Shown piece after piece: positions 45,518 to 57,233 of a DNA stretch of 57,233 bases. How positions within the stretch are numbered: position 1 is the first letter of the stretch; every line of letters starts with the position of its first letter. The notes under the pieces are model-generated. The model saw only the letters and a list, made by a program, of their open reading frames with translations. It searched no databases and had not been told where the DNA came from. Both the position numbers and the translations under genes were made by a program. This DNA comes from Nemertoderma westbladi (Eukaryota; Animalia; Xenacoelomorpha), in NCBI GenBank assembly GCA_032718475.1, contig JAUCBJ010007024.1, forward strand, positions 1-57,233, in the 5' to 3' direction.

Positions 45518-47420
45518 GTATAGAATTATATTCCCTAAATGCCGTGGATTTTCAAAATTTTATTTTTATTCGAATTAACTTTGTAAAGATTGCTTTGAGT
45601 TCTCATTCGTATTTGTTCTATCATTTGAAAGACTATTGGTCAAGTGGTTCAGTAGCTCAGTCGGTAGAGCGTTGGAAATTATATGTGTAGTAGGTATTGA
45701 GTTCGAATCCTAGTAAGTGCGAATTATTTTTTGTGCAGAATTTCAACTCATTTAAATTGACCGCTACAAATTAATTGCATTTGTCTGTACCAATGAGACT
45801 GTAGTTATTTGATTGTAACCAATGTCGTGCAAGTTATATATTAGCTGGACCAATAGCTATCTTTAAAACCTTGTTAGAACCTATAGAACAATCGAGAATT
45901 TTCTCGATTGATTGCAGCACAAATTTAGTATATAAAGGTGCGATTTGTTCATTAGTTATCACTCTCTCATTACTCTAACCATATTCGTATCTCTGAGTTA
46001 TCTAATATTTGTTTATTCTGTCATTAGTATTCAGATTACATTTTGTGTTATTATCTGCAATAAATTCAGAAATACCGCTATCTGCCTTTCTTTTTACCAT
46101 GGATTCACTACGGTGAACAAACCTAAGGGACAGGATGGCCGGCTAGAGATCGGGCCGCAGCAATGAACGGGAACATCACAGGAATGTAGACGAGAGACAA
46201 CCCGCAATACCATCTTGAGTTATTCGCCCATCGCCTGAAAGGTTAGACAGCGTTCGACGCCTTGCTACCTAAGAGTAAGACCAAAGATCAAAAAGGTAGA
46301 AGTAGTGACACGCTGTGAGCCTAAAATTACATCTTAGGGACTGTACTGTCTTGATTCAGGAAAAAACCACAGTAGACCTTCACATTCCTACGGGGGGAGA
46401 GAGAGAGCGCAGGCAGATACTAGTACGCAGATAGGACGTAGGCACACCGGTACGAAGCATACAAATTGGTAGGGTGCAGCAAACTGTACGCCTAACTCTT
46501 GCTAAGTACAGGTGTGTGTGCGACTATTTGTAGTACAACGGTGTCCATTGCATTAGAACTTGTAGGCTAGGGGGGTTGCTGTGTTTTCACCTGAATTGGG
46601 ATTGTACCGTTCAGGCGGTAGGGCAGTTTACAACTAGGCGCAAATAAATTGAGGCTATTAGGGATACTAACATCTACCGTGTCCCCGCCAACGCCCTAAT
46701 AGGAAGTTACCCGGACTACCTGGGTGACTAAAATTCTAGATAGGAGCCAGGATAGCTATTAGTAACAGTACGCCTACAGTAGTAAACTAACACATCTCTT
46801 CTTAGTATCAGGGACCTGGTACCTAAAATTGCCGAATTCTGGGCGTAGCATTAACCCTATGCCTGAATTTGAGTCCTGGAAATACGCAAGAGGGGAAGGA
46901 ACCTTATCATTCGTGAGTATTGGACCTACAAGTTACAAAATTAGAATATTCGTAAAATGCACACCGTACCCAGTAATTATATATGTGAAGGAGCAAAACT
47001 GTTTTTGACCGTTCAGAATTAACACACGCGCGTTAGAAATTATTTACACCTCAAAATATATAAAATTAACTTTTGTCCGTACTGTGCTTTGCCCGCTAGT
47101 TAGACATCTCCAAATCTCTGCCTGTGTACCTAGCTAGCGTCTCTTCGCCCAAACCATATAAATCACACCGCGGCAAAGTGTACGAGCCCCTTAGTCCGTC
47201 AGTGAGTCAGCCTGATTTTAGGATTCGCTGCGCGGGATTTTGTTTTATCGAAGTTTGTCTGCTCGTAGACTGTTTTCTGCCTCACCGGTTATAAGAGATC
47301 GATACTGCAATATATTCGCTTACTTAGAGTTTACTGTTTTGGTGAGAAGGTCGGATTTATGATTTGATTTACAAACTTTACAGTAAGATATTGCAGGTAT
47401 TGTTACCGTCTCTTCCAATA
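45518..47420 (+). repeat. E3 3' LTR (possibly truncated at its right end)
   Basis: A near-identical copy of 33117-35019 that ends ...TTCCAATA and joins the E2 3' UTR with no TSD. Confidence 0.9.
45646..45732 (+). ncRNA. tRNA-derived Pol III cassette, 3' LTR copy
   Basis: Same A box, B box and T6 as 33245-33331. Confidence 0.8.
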
Positions 47421-48037
47421 TGGTGCCTATTCCACCATATTGGTCTGTAGTTTAGGTCTACAACCCATATGGGCGTTTCTTATTTGTTTCGGTATTATAT
47501 ACCGAGTGGGGAGTGTACTATTCTTGGAGAATAGTTAGTTAGTCATCAAACTAGTACCCATTTAGAGTGTTTAACATTAGCTAGTTATTTCTACAGTACC
47601 TATTTAGAGTGTCTTACAACATTAGCTAGTTATTTCTACAGTACCTATTTAGAGTGTTTTACATTATTAGCTAGAGATTTCTACAGTACCTATTGGGAGT
47701 GTTTATGTTTGTTAGAGGTTTACATACCGGTACCCTATGACTGGGGAGACGGCTTTGGTGTAAGATACAAACTCGGTTGAAGGAAATGTTTTTTAAAACA
47801 GGTGTTAACCATAGTACATAGATTACAGTTATCTGTTGATGGTACCGGTAAAGCGCAGCAGTATGGTGTGTTATATTATAAAGAACAATGACTCCCGGTC
47901 TGCCGGTACCGCATGTTTATTATACAGCCTTATTCGATAGATTTCATTTTCCATCTCCACTCTCGGTTGACCGCCCAGGTTCGGGGACCGACGCCATTCA
48001 TTCATATTAGGTGCGCCGTCGCCGCGACCCCAGGATA
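47421..48037 (+). mobile_element. Second E2-family 3' end (3' UTR, PPT and a complete 524-bp LTR at 47514-48037)
   Basis: Repeats 32517-33116 with several substitutions and continues to CCCCAGGATA. Confidence 0.92.
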
Positions 48038-48804
48038 ATTTATAAAATAACTATCTGTTTACACGGCAATGAATATATTTCTGAATATTATTTGAAGGTG
48101 GCCCTATAATATTCGAAGCGCAATATAAATAATTATAGCAATTTACTGCAGGGTTTCTGATACGTTGTTACGAGGTGTCTACTGTTTATTTTGTGAAAGT
48201 TATGTTTATGTCACCGGCAATCAGATTATACGTATATAGAATTCGCTTCCTCTTCCTTCCTATTTCCGATTCGCTTCCACCTGCACTGAATTCCAGGACT
48301 TGGTTGCAGCTGCATCAACCTCGTGATGTGCAGCAACCTTCTCCGCTCGTAAGCTACTGTATCCCCACCTGATATCACCGAGGAAAGAATGTTGCTGATT
48401 TTCTTTTTTACTTTCTTTTTTCTTTTTTTCTGGACACACAGACCTATCCTCAGTGTAATCCCATGCTTTATTTTTTATATTGGTGCGGTTGGGTTAGGCC
48501 ATTCCGTACAGTACGGCATTACTATGCTATGCGTAGCGTACACACTTTTTGACCAATTATGTGACCATGTTAATGGCTATTATCGTTATGTTTTTATTTT
48601 AGTACAATTGTCAATTTTACATTTCAGAATTGTAAAAACTGTATTTTGGCATCCGCCAATATTTTGTTTAAAAACGAGTAGCTACAGTAGTAAATAAATA
48701 CTTAGCTACTTTGACTTTCACTTAAAATTACTAGCTACCATGACTCATAATTTCATCCAGACAAATATATAATTGAGAATTAAATTATATTTTTTATTTT
48801 TTTT

Positions 48805-49455
48805 TACTAGCTAATAAATAGCCCTAAAGTTAACACAAAATCAAAATTACTAGCTACCATCTTACTGTCAGAAGGTCAAATATTTGTTCTAGAACAAAAA
48901 CCCCATAATAAAAGGAATTTTTACAAGAAAAAAGACTCAATTTTTTTTCAATCAAAATTACTAGCTACCATCTTACTGTCAGAAGGTCAAATATTTGTTC
49001 TAGAACAAAAACCCCATAATAAAAGGAATTTTTACAAGAAAAAAGACAGTCATTTTTTTTTCAATCAAAATTACTAGCTACCATCTTACTGTCAGAAGGT
49101 CAAATATTTGTTCTAGAACAAAAACCTCATAATAAAAGGCATTTTTACAAGAAAAAAGACTGTCAATTTTTTTTAAATTTTTCAATTATAATTCTTTTCA
49201 CTAGCTAATAAAACGTACTAGTTAACACAAAATCAAAATTACTAGCTACCATCTTACTGTCAGAAGGTCAAATATTTGTTCTAGAACAAAAACCTCATAA
49301 TAAAAGGCATTTTTACAAGAAAAAAGACTGTCAATTTTTTTTAAATTTTTCAATTATAATTCTTTTCACTAGCTAATAAAACGTACTAGCTAACACAAAA
49401 TCAAAATTACTAGCTACCATCTTACTGGCAAAATGTCAAATATTAGTTCTAGAAT
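48805..49455. repeat. AT-rich tandem repeat with a core of about 112 bp and a higher-order unit of about 170 bp
   Basis: CAAAATTACTAGCTACCATCTTACTGTCAGAAGGTCAAATATTTGTTCTAGAAC occurs four times plus a partial fifth copy. Confidence 0.9.
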
Positions 49456-49672
49456 AAAAATTAAGACTGAATACGCACAGTACAATCGCAATGCTAACTG
49501 TATTGTGAATACAATACAGTAAACTGTATTGTATTATTATGGAATGTACTTGCTTATCCATCCATAGCAACTGTTTTGAACATGCGAAAAGCGGGTTCCG
49601 GGAATATAACCGAGTTGAAAACCCGCTTCTTACTATTAAAAAGCGGACAAATAACTTCTGGGTGGGTAATAA

Positions 49673-49950
49673 CAATAGAAAGCATGCGTTGCAAGGATTC
49701 CAAATATGTAACAATATCTGAATTTCGTTGTGAAATAACTGAGAAATAGGCGTTCAAAGATTGCAAGAATTATTGTTCGCTGCAGGCCATTAATTATATT
49801 AAATAAATACACAAAATTCTATAACGTGTTATTTATTTTACTTTGTGAGTTGGTGGGCAACAGCGGTATCCGAAACAGCAACAGCTGTTTCTCAACGAAA
49901 TTCAGATATTGTTACATATTTGGAATCCTTGCAACGCAAGCTTTCGATTG
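49673..49950. mobile_element. MITE-like element or foldback with inverted repeats of about 62 bp
   Basis: GCGTTGCAAGGATTCCAAATATGTAACAATATCTGAATTTCGTTG and its reverse complement at about 49893-49937. Confidence 0.65.
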
Positions 49951-51077
49951 ATATGAATATGATATGATATTGTTACGACTATTGTGAAAAATTGTGAAAA
50001 AATATTACATATTACAGGTCATGGTGTAGGCCTTCAGCAGTACAGTACCGGTACCCGCTGACCGGTACATGGCCTGACCGATACAGCAACAGCCCAGCGC
50101 CAGCAGCAGTGCAGTATACATATCCAGGCTGACTGGTATGGACTTACAGACTTAGGCCTATAGAAATAGAAGTACAGTACCGGTACCTGACATTGTGGCT
50201 GCCTGTCAGCCTGTGCCTGGTACCGGTGACCGTCGGCAGACCGGTACCGGCAATCGGTACTCAGTACCGGCAGACCGGGTATATCAGTATATTGACAGTC
50301 AGACAGTGCAGCTATCTGCTAACAGCCCAGACTGGAATCTCTATGTATTCAGTATTGCAGTATTGCACGCCGGAAGTGCGCCGGGCGTAGAATAATTTGC
50401 GCCAGCCGACACTGAATTTACGCCAACCAAAAAACTGTTCCTACAGTCAGACAGTATCAGACTGTCAGAGCACATAAAATAGTAAAACGTGTGCACAATG
50501 AACTGAAGAACGTTTAAAAACTAATATTAATTAGCCTACGAATTATATCATTTAGAATTAATTTATTAAGTTAATAATTTATACACCTGTTGCCTGTACA
50601 CGGGCGAATATAAACTGTAAAATGTATGAAATTACAGTAGGCCTACCACCTACAGTCAGACCAGCAGACAGTAGATATACACACTTGACCAGTTGACAGC
50701 TTGTACAATAGGCCTACAGCAATAACAGAATGAAAAATTACAGTAGATAAGACAGCAAGCAGGCAAGATACACGTCCAGACGTTGGGTCCGATGTGGCTT
50801 TTAGACGGACCCGCCTATAGTATTGTTAGACAGTTAAAGTAAAGTGCTGTATTGCCTCTTTGCCTCTCGGCCTATTATACTGCAGATATCCTGTAGCCAG
50901 GCAGCCATTGGGCTCTTTCCGGTTTCAGGGGCACTGCAGCACTGAATTTTTAACAACTGCAGTATTCAGGTATTACTTTCAACTGTCTGACTGTTATGCC
51001 TATTTATTGCATATTGTACCTACCGGTTCACCAGTATTACAGTAGGCCTATTGTCTATTGATCAGTTGGTGTACATT

Positions 51078-52390
51078 ATGTAATGTAATGTAATGTAATG
51101 TAATTGCACTCCAAATAATTGCACCGACAAATAAAATAATTAATTATTTAAAATTAATCTTAATGACATACATATTCACAAAATGAAATTGAATTAGACC
51201 TTTAATTAAACAATTATATGTATGGAGGGAGAAGATAACCCAGGCAATGTTGCACTTACGAGCGTATCTCTATTGGAATTAAGTAAAAATATTGCAAACT
51301 AAAAAAATAAAATGGTAAAACACGGTCAGTCATTATGAACAGAGAAAATATAAAAAAAATAAAAATCAAAATCAAATCAAAATACGAGGCGGGGTATAAT
51401 GTGTGCATATTTAAACAAAATGACACAAGTGACTAAAATCAATATGACGTATATGGCAATTAAAAATATACAAATTACGTGCATTAACGGCATCTGAGGG
51501 CAAGGAATTCCACACGGATACTATACGGCTGGCAAAACGATTTCTGACAACGACTAGCCTGCTAGGCTGTGCAAACAGTTTCCTGTTATGGCCTCGCAAA
51601 CCTTGCCGTTGCACATGCGAGAAAAAATCGTTAAAATGAAGGTCAATGTTATTGTGACAAATATTATAAACCATACGGATATCAAAAATAATTCGCCTAA
51701 CTTCTAATGGTTGGAGTTTCAAGTGTATTAATCTATTAGAGTAACTGTTATCTATGTGTGTTAACTGACATCTTGAAAACAATCGTCTGGTGAAATATCG
51801 TTGGACGCGCTCAACCAATTTTATATTAAAGATTTGGTGAGGAGACCAAACCACAGTACAATACTCTAACAGTGGGCGAACATACGCCTTATAAGCCGTA
51901 ATAAGTACGTTGACATTAGAAGTGTGGAAGCACCTAAATAATATATTGCACATTTTATACGCCTTGGATACTTGTTGGCTGCAGTATTTGCTGAAACGCA
52001 GATTTTTGGTAACGATAATACCTAGGTCCTTACAACTCTCCTTGAGTTCTAGAATAGAACCGTTGAGAGTGTACTCACTCGGTGTGCGTGTACCAAGGTG
52101 AAGTACATGACATTTGTGAGCAGCGACATTGAGCTGCCAGGTTTTACTCCAACTGGCTAATCTATCCAACGCATTTTGAATGTTTGCCGGATTATTACTG
52201 TTTCCATATAATTTTAAATCGTCAGCAAATAGTTTGCAACCTACATTTGTAAATTCCGAAGGCAAATCGTTTACAAAAACTAGGAACAAAATCGGCCCCA
52301 AGACGCTTCCTTGGGGTGTTCCTGATTTGACGTCAACATAATCTGAGTATTTGTATCCAACTAAAACACGTTGACTACGATTAGCTAAGC
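51078..52390 (-). mobile_element. 5'-truncated CR1-group LINE with an (ATTAC)n tail
   Basis: RT motifs GTPQGSVLGP, FADDLKLY, KDLGI, YVRPLLEY and RGHN. The 3' UTR ends in (TGTAA)5 on the + strand. Confidence 0.92.
51411..52390 (-). CDS. CR1-like ORF2 C-terminal RT fragment (frame intact, 5'-truncated)
   Basis: An uninterrupted frame runs from RSQRVLVG to the stop codon. Confidence 0.85.
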
Positions 52391-52701
52391 GATTACAGGC
52401 TGACAGGTGTATAAACACAACCTGACATGACAACAGCTTCCATTAGACTGTTAGATGTAGTCTCAGACCAGACCACAGGCCAGCAGGCTGACAGACTCGT
52501 TGGCTACAGTCTGACAGTTGACAGTAGGCCTACCGCGCTACCGGTACTGTAATAGGCTACTACAGTAATAACTACCTCAGTACTGCGGCTGCGGGTATTG
52601 TTACTTTGAGGACCGTCAGACCGTCCCTTAAAACACTTACCGGTATATATATTTATCAGTTTATTTATGTGTTTATTATTATGTAATTTATTTATTATGT
52701 G

Positions 52702-54206
52702 AGTGGATTAGATGAAATCCCAGCGGAGGTATAGAAAACCGGAATGTTAAACAGACCATTATTGAATGTTTGCAACCGGATGTTAAAAGGGGAAAAGCCA
52801 CCACCAATTTGGACTAAAGGCTGAAAGGTCAACTAAAGCTGTAAAGCCTCTCCCCAAGAAAGGAGACCTCGGCATACCAACAAACTATCGTGGGATCTGT
52901 CTGCTTGTGGTAGCTGCCAAAATATACAATATGCAATAAAATGATTCTATATAGGATTAGGCCTCACATAGAGAATCTACTGCGTAAGAGCCAAAACGGA
53001 TTTCGACCAAGTAGATCAACAATAGCTCAGATACTTGCACTACGGAGACTGATTGAAGGAATTAAGTCAAAGAATCTCCCCGTCTGCCCGTAGTCATGAC
53101 TTTTGTGGACTTCAAGAAGGCATTCGACTCCATCCATAGAGGTAAAATGCTTGAAATCCTAAGAGCTTATGGAATACCAGAAGTAATTGTTGCTGGTATT
53201 GGATTGTTATATTGTGACACATAAGCGCAGGTACTCTCACCAGATGGTGAAACTGAGTTTTTCTCAATCCTGGCTGGCGTACTGCAAGGTGACACATTAG
53301 CACCATTACTTTTTGTAATTGTGCTGGATTACGCAATGAGGACGGCCACAAAGGGTGAAGATCTGGGATTCACACTTCAAGAACGCAGTAGTAGTAGATA
53401 TCCGGCAACTACAGTCACAGACACAGACTTTGCGGATGGCATCGCCCTACTCTCTAATACGCTAGCAGATGCACAGCTTCTACTAAATAAAGTGGAGGGA
53501 GAGGGCTGCTAAGGAGGTTGGATTGCATATAAATGCTACCAAGACCGAATTCATGACCTTTAATGTTGATGGAAACTTGACAACCATTGATAATAATCAA
53601 CTAAGGAAGATGACTTCCAGTACCTTGGATCATGGATAGAGAGTAGCAAAAAGGACATAGAAGTTAGGAAAGCAAAGGCTTGGGTAGCTCTATCAAAAAT
53701 GGATACCATCTGGAAATCAGATCTCTCCAGGCACCTGAAGAGTAAGTTCTTTCGAGCCACAGTGGAAGGTGTATTTATATACAGTGGTGAGACCTGGACA
53801 CTGGACACTGACTAAATCCTGAAATCACTTGAACAACGAATTGATGGTTGCTACACAAGACTACTAAGGGCAGCCCTATACATCAGCTGGAGACAACACA
53901 TGACAAACGCCGAGCTTTATGGTACAATACCACCTGTATCAACCACCCTCCGTGAATGCAGATTAAGATTCAGTGGGCACTGCTGGCGAAGTAAAGACGA
54001 GGTCATACCAGATCTACTTTTCTGGCAACCAACTCATGGAAAGCGTAGCCATGGACGACCAGCCATAACATATATATAGATCAACTTGAAAGGGATACTG
54101 AACTTGGACTTGGGAGAAACGAAATTGCGACAACTATGGAGAATCGGGAAGCCTGGAAGGATCTCATTTCCACTGTCCGAGTTGGCTCGACCTAGTAGTA
54201 GTAGTA
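52702..54206 (+). mobile_element. RTE-clade LINE, degraded, with a (TAG)n tail
   Basis: GLDEIPAE, PKKGDL..NYRGI, QNGFR..RST, DFKKAFDSIHR, GVLQGDTLAP, FADGIAL and RLRFSGHCWR. Many stops and frameshifts. Ends CGACCTAGTAGTAGTAGTA. Confidence 0.92.
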
Positions 54207-54290
54207 TATATTTATTTATATCTGTATATATACCGCTTATTTTATGAAACGCTTTTTACAATTTTTGGTAAAGTAACAATTGGTAAAGTG

Positions 54291-55081
54291 ATCGTTTATT
54301 GTTTTGGTTAGAAAAGCCCGCCTTTGCAACCTGTTCCTTTCCCACAATTGTAAAGTGGCCGTTTATTGTTTTGGTTAGAAAAGCCTGCTTATGTAACCTG
54401 CTCGTTTCCCTCAAAAAAAAATTGTGAAATTAATTTGCATGCTTTGTATTGTTTAATACTCGTACCGGTATTTCTATTATTTATACTCAGATTATGCTGT
54501 TATGTAGGCCTATAGGCCTAATAAAAATATTGATTGAGAAAACCATGTTTATCTAAACTGCTAAGTCCTGTATTTTTTCCCGGTATTTTCGCGAGGAAAA
54601 TGGGAAATTCGATAAAAATATCAGAGTCTTTTCATATAGACAATGTACAGATGTAGAAATGAATATAAGAAAAACTTTCTAAGTGTTTTCCCACCAGACA
54701 AGTGTTTTAGACACTTGAGTTTTTTAGCGTTTCAGTGCCCCCCAAACCGGAAATTCCCGGGCAGTAGTGGCACAGCTGTATTACCCAAAAAGACAAAAAC
54801 ATACATTTTTCATAAACAATGTATCTTCTAGGCCTATAGCCTAAGGTTTAGGTTAACTGTAAGAAGAGTTTCACTTTTCAGTTTTCAATATTCACTTTTT
54901 TTAAAATATTAATTACATTTTGTTCATTTGAAGATTCATTTTAATGACCTACTGCCACCGGTCCAGTAGGCCTACCCAGACTGCCAGACAGCATACGAAA
55001 CCAGATTTCTTAATTTTTAACTGATTAATGGAAAGGAGCAGGTTACAGTAGCAGGCTTTTCTAACCAAAATAATAAACGAT
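54291..55081. repeat. Inverted and direct repeats of about 50 bp (MITE/foldback-like)
   Basis: CGTTTATTGTTTTGGTTAGAAAAGCC..AACCTG.TC.TTTCC at 54291 and 54360, with the reverse complement at about 55030-55081. Confidence 0.6.
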
Positions 55082-55772
55082 AACCAAAGAACACAGGTTA
55101 TAGTCTTATTTTTGCAACCGGCTGATGGTTGGCCTACATACAGACCTACTGACCTACCAACCAGCCTATGGCTGTATGATACGGTAGCACTCTGCCTGTC
55201 TGCCGCTACTTAATGCAGTATTGACTTAGCTGATTCGGACATCGTATTGCTATGTATGGCCTATTTAATATCTAACCTAACTGCCTAACCAAAATACTAA
55301 ATCGCACTACCGATACCGAAGCACATACGGTAAGAACCCTACTGCCCTATAGGCCTAAGGTATAGCATGTATAGGATATAAAATATTTTTGTCTTTTTCT
55401 GCTTTTTGGGTAGGCCTAAGTTTTTTGGGTAATTCCAAATGTATTGTACAAATCTATTTTGGAGGACTAGAAATTAGCTTAATTTGTTTAGGCCTATTTT
55501 TATATTCTACAAATTAACGTGGCCTGGGCTGCTGCTGTGCTGGGCATGTGTGTTCGGGTGTTCCCTACTGATGACTGACCTTCTCAGCTACTGTTTACCG
55601 ATTACTGGTACCGGTACCCGTATACTGGTATATGATACTGGCCTATTTATAAATTTCCAATTTAATAGACAGATAGAGATTGAACATATGTACAAAATTA
55701 GGCCTACAACTGTAAAATGCTGATGCAGTTAGGACCTCAGCTAACATTCTAGGATAGATTGATAATCAGATA

Positions 55773-56802
55773 ATGGCAGCTGAAAAGGTGGAAATATCGG
55801 AAAGTTTATTTCCTGATTCATCCGTTAGCACGGACGACCGACCGTTGATGGATTCCTCTGAGACGAACAAACTCACGCAGTGTAGCGGATCGCATGATGT
55901 CCGCCAGAATCACGCCCGTTCCCAGACGTACGCGGGGGCCACGGATTCCGCTCCCAGGACTCGTCGGACTCCCCACATATCCACGGGATCCGATCCCGCC
56001 ACGGTTACCCCAGTCGTGGGAGAGCGTCGGCCCAGTCTACAGGAGAGGTTCTCTTTCCTCGATAAATTACTTCATCCTTGGAAGTGGAGGAGGAAGAAAA
56101 AAAGTAAAACTTTCGAAGAGAAACAAATGTCATTGGAGCGGAAGATTAGCGTTCGTGCAACTCGCGACGATTTGGTTAAAAAGGGAGTTCTGAGACCGGA
56201 GGAAGTTATTAGTGAGGATAACTCCCTCCCGAGTGACTGTAACGGGAAGAGTCCCACCGTGGGGGACACCCGTCTTACGGGCGTCCCGGAAACAGCCTGG
56301 ACCGGGGGCCAGCTGAACCACGCGTCTAAGAACGTCTCCTCCGGTGATAAATCCCCTCGGGGCGTTACCGGCCAAGGGAAAGGGGTCGGACGGACCGCTA
56401 AAGGGAACACGGTGCCATCCTCGCGAACAGCCACCTCCCGCGCCCCCCTGGACGCGGCGGCCACCCCCCGCCCCCTGAGCATCGGCCCTCCTCCCCGGAG
56501 TAACACCGGTCCAGCGGCCATCTCGCTGGGAGCCCTGATCCGCAGTCAGAGTCTCCCGGTTGCCAACTACCTGGGCGCTCGGGAGGCGACCCTGCAGCAC
56601 TCCCAGGAGGAGGCGCTCCCCGAGGAGCCGGACTCGCCCCCGCCCCCCTCGGTTCCGCCGCCTCCCATGGAGTACAACCCCCCGGAAGCCCCCTCAACCG
56701 ACCCCAGTAAGCGCTACTCCGGTAGCTACCCGGTCCCCGGAGATGGGCGGGTTCGTGTGCTGCTTCTACCGCAGTCGGACGCCCAGAAGTGGGAAACTCA
56801 AG
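55773..56802 (+). CDS. PHACTR: Phosphatase and actin regulator, first coding exon (the gene continues beyond the window)
   Basis: F..L..LLHPWKWRRKKKS..F....SLERKISVRATRDDLVKKGVL is the Phactr N-terminal NLS plus RPEL1, followed by a Pro-rich linker. Acceptor CTAACATTCTAG ends at 55752 and donor G|GTAAGT starts at 56803. Confidence 0.9.
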
Positions 56803-57233
56803 GTAAGTAGAATCCGACTAAATGTAGGTTAATCCGTAATCAGTACAGTAACCAACATTCCACAATCTTTGTTGCTTTGCATTGTTGGTTCCGTATGCGA
56901 TAAAGGATATTACTCGATATGATGTGCGGTGCAAATAATTTCGGGTACCAGTAATTCGGGATTATTTATCACAATTTTTTGTCATAATGAGGCCACCGCC
57001 TAAACATTCTTCTACATCTGTAAAAAAATAACACCAAATATTCACTTAATTCATAATGTTGCAGACGAATCGACTTGTGGATTGGTATTTGCTCCATAAC
57101 ATTGTTTGGTAGTTAACAAATAAATATAAATATATTTAATACACCACACGTTTCGAATATATTATTCGAAGATATTGGGATAGTAACAGAACCAGAACAA
57201 CCCACACAGCTAAAGAGTAATGTTAATTTTCAT

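Larger units (their letters stand above)
33116..47420 (+). mobile_element. BEL/Pao-derived LTR element E3 lacking RT and RNase H, with an accessory ORF
   Basis: Direct repeats of 1.9 kb at offset 12401 flank a Gag-PR-IN ORF and a CCHC-knuckle ORF. A purine tract TGGAGCGG precedes the right repeat. Confidence 0.92.

Noticed and set aside
47421-47440. TGGTGCC after the E3 right LTR as a PBS of a further tandem element
   Set aside because: It is E2 3' UTR sequence, identical to 32517 onward.
55894-56832. Overlapping alternative-frame and antisense ORFs in the PHACTR exon
   Set aside because: They are expected by-products of a GC-rich coding exon.

Overview
This is eukaryotic (animal, probably invertebrate) genomic DNA. 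It is AT-rich and dominated by transposons; I see no prokaryotic features such as CRISPR arrays or operons. The core is a cluster of three unrelated BEL/Pao (Belpaoviridae) LTR retrotransposons. E1 (4863-13446) has 700-bp LTRs that look identical and a GTCTA target-site duplication, but its pol jumps from the RT YVDD motif straight to integrase. E2 (25093-33116, plus a second 3' end at 47421-48037) carries all pol domains, broken by three single-base frameshifts. E3 (about 33116-47420) is nested in an E2 LTR and is the most unusual element. It has one uninterrupted 2175-aa Gag-protease-integrase ORF with no RT or RNase H, LTRs of at least 1.9 kb containing a tRNA-like Pol III cassette, an extra env-position ORF with three CCHC knuckles, and six dispersed copies of a 20-nt stem-loop motif. 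Around these lie a Helitron 3' end, MITEs, a fibrinogen-domain pseudogene, CR1-like and RTE LINE fragments, a spliced DUF4806-type gene with a CACTA/EnSpm-like end, and minisatellites. The first coding exon of a host PHACTR gene is at the right end. All calls come from reading motifs by eye; no searches were run.
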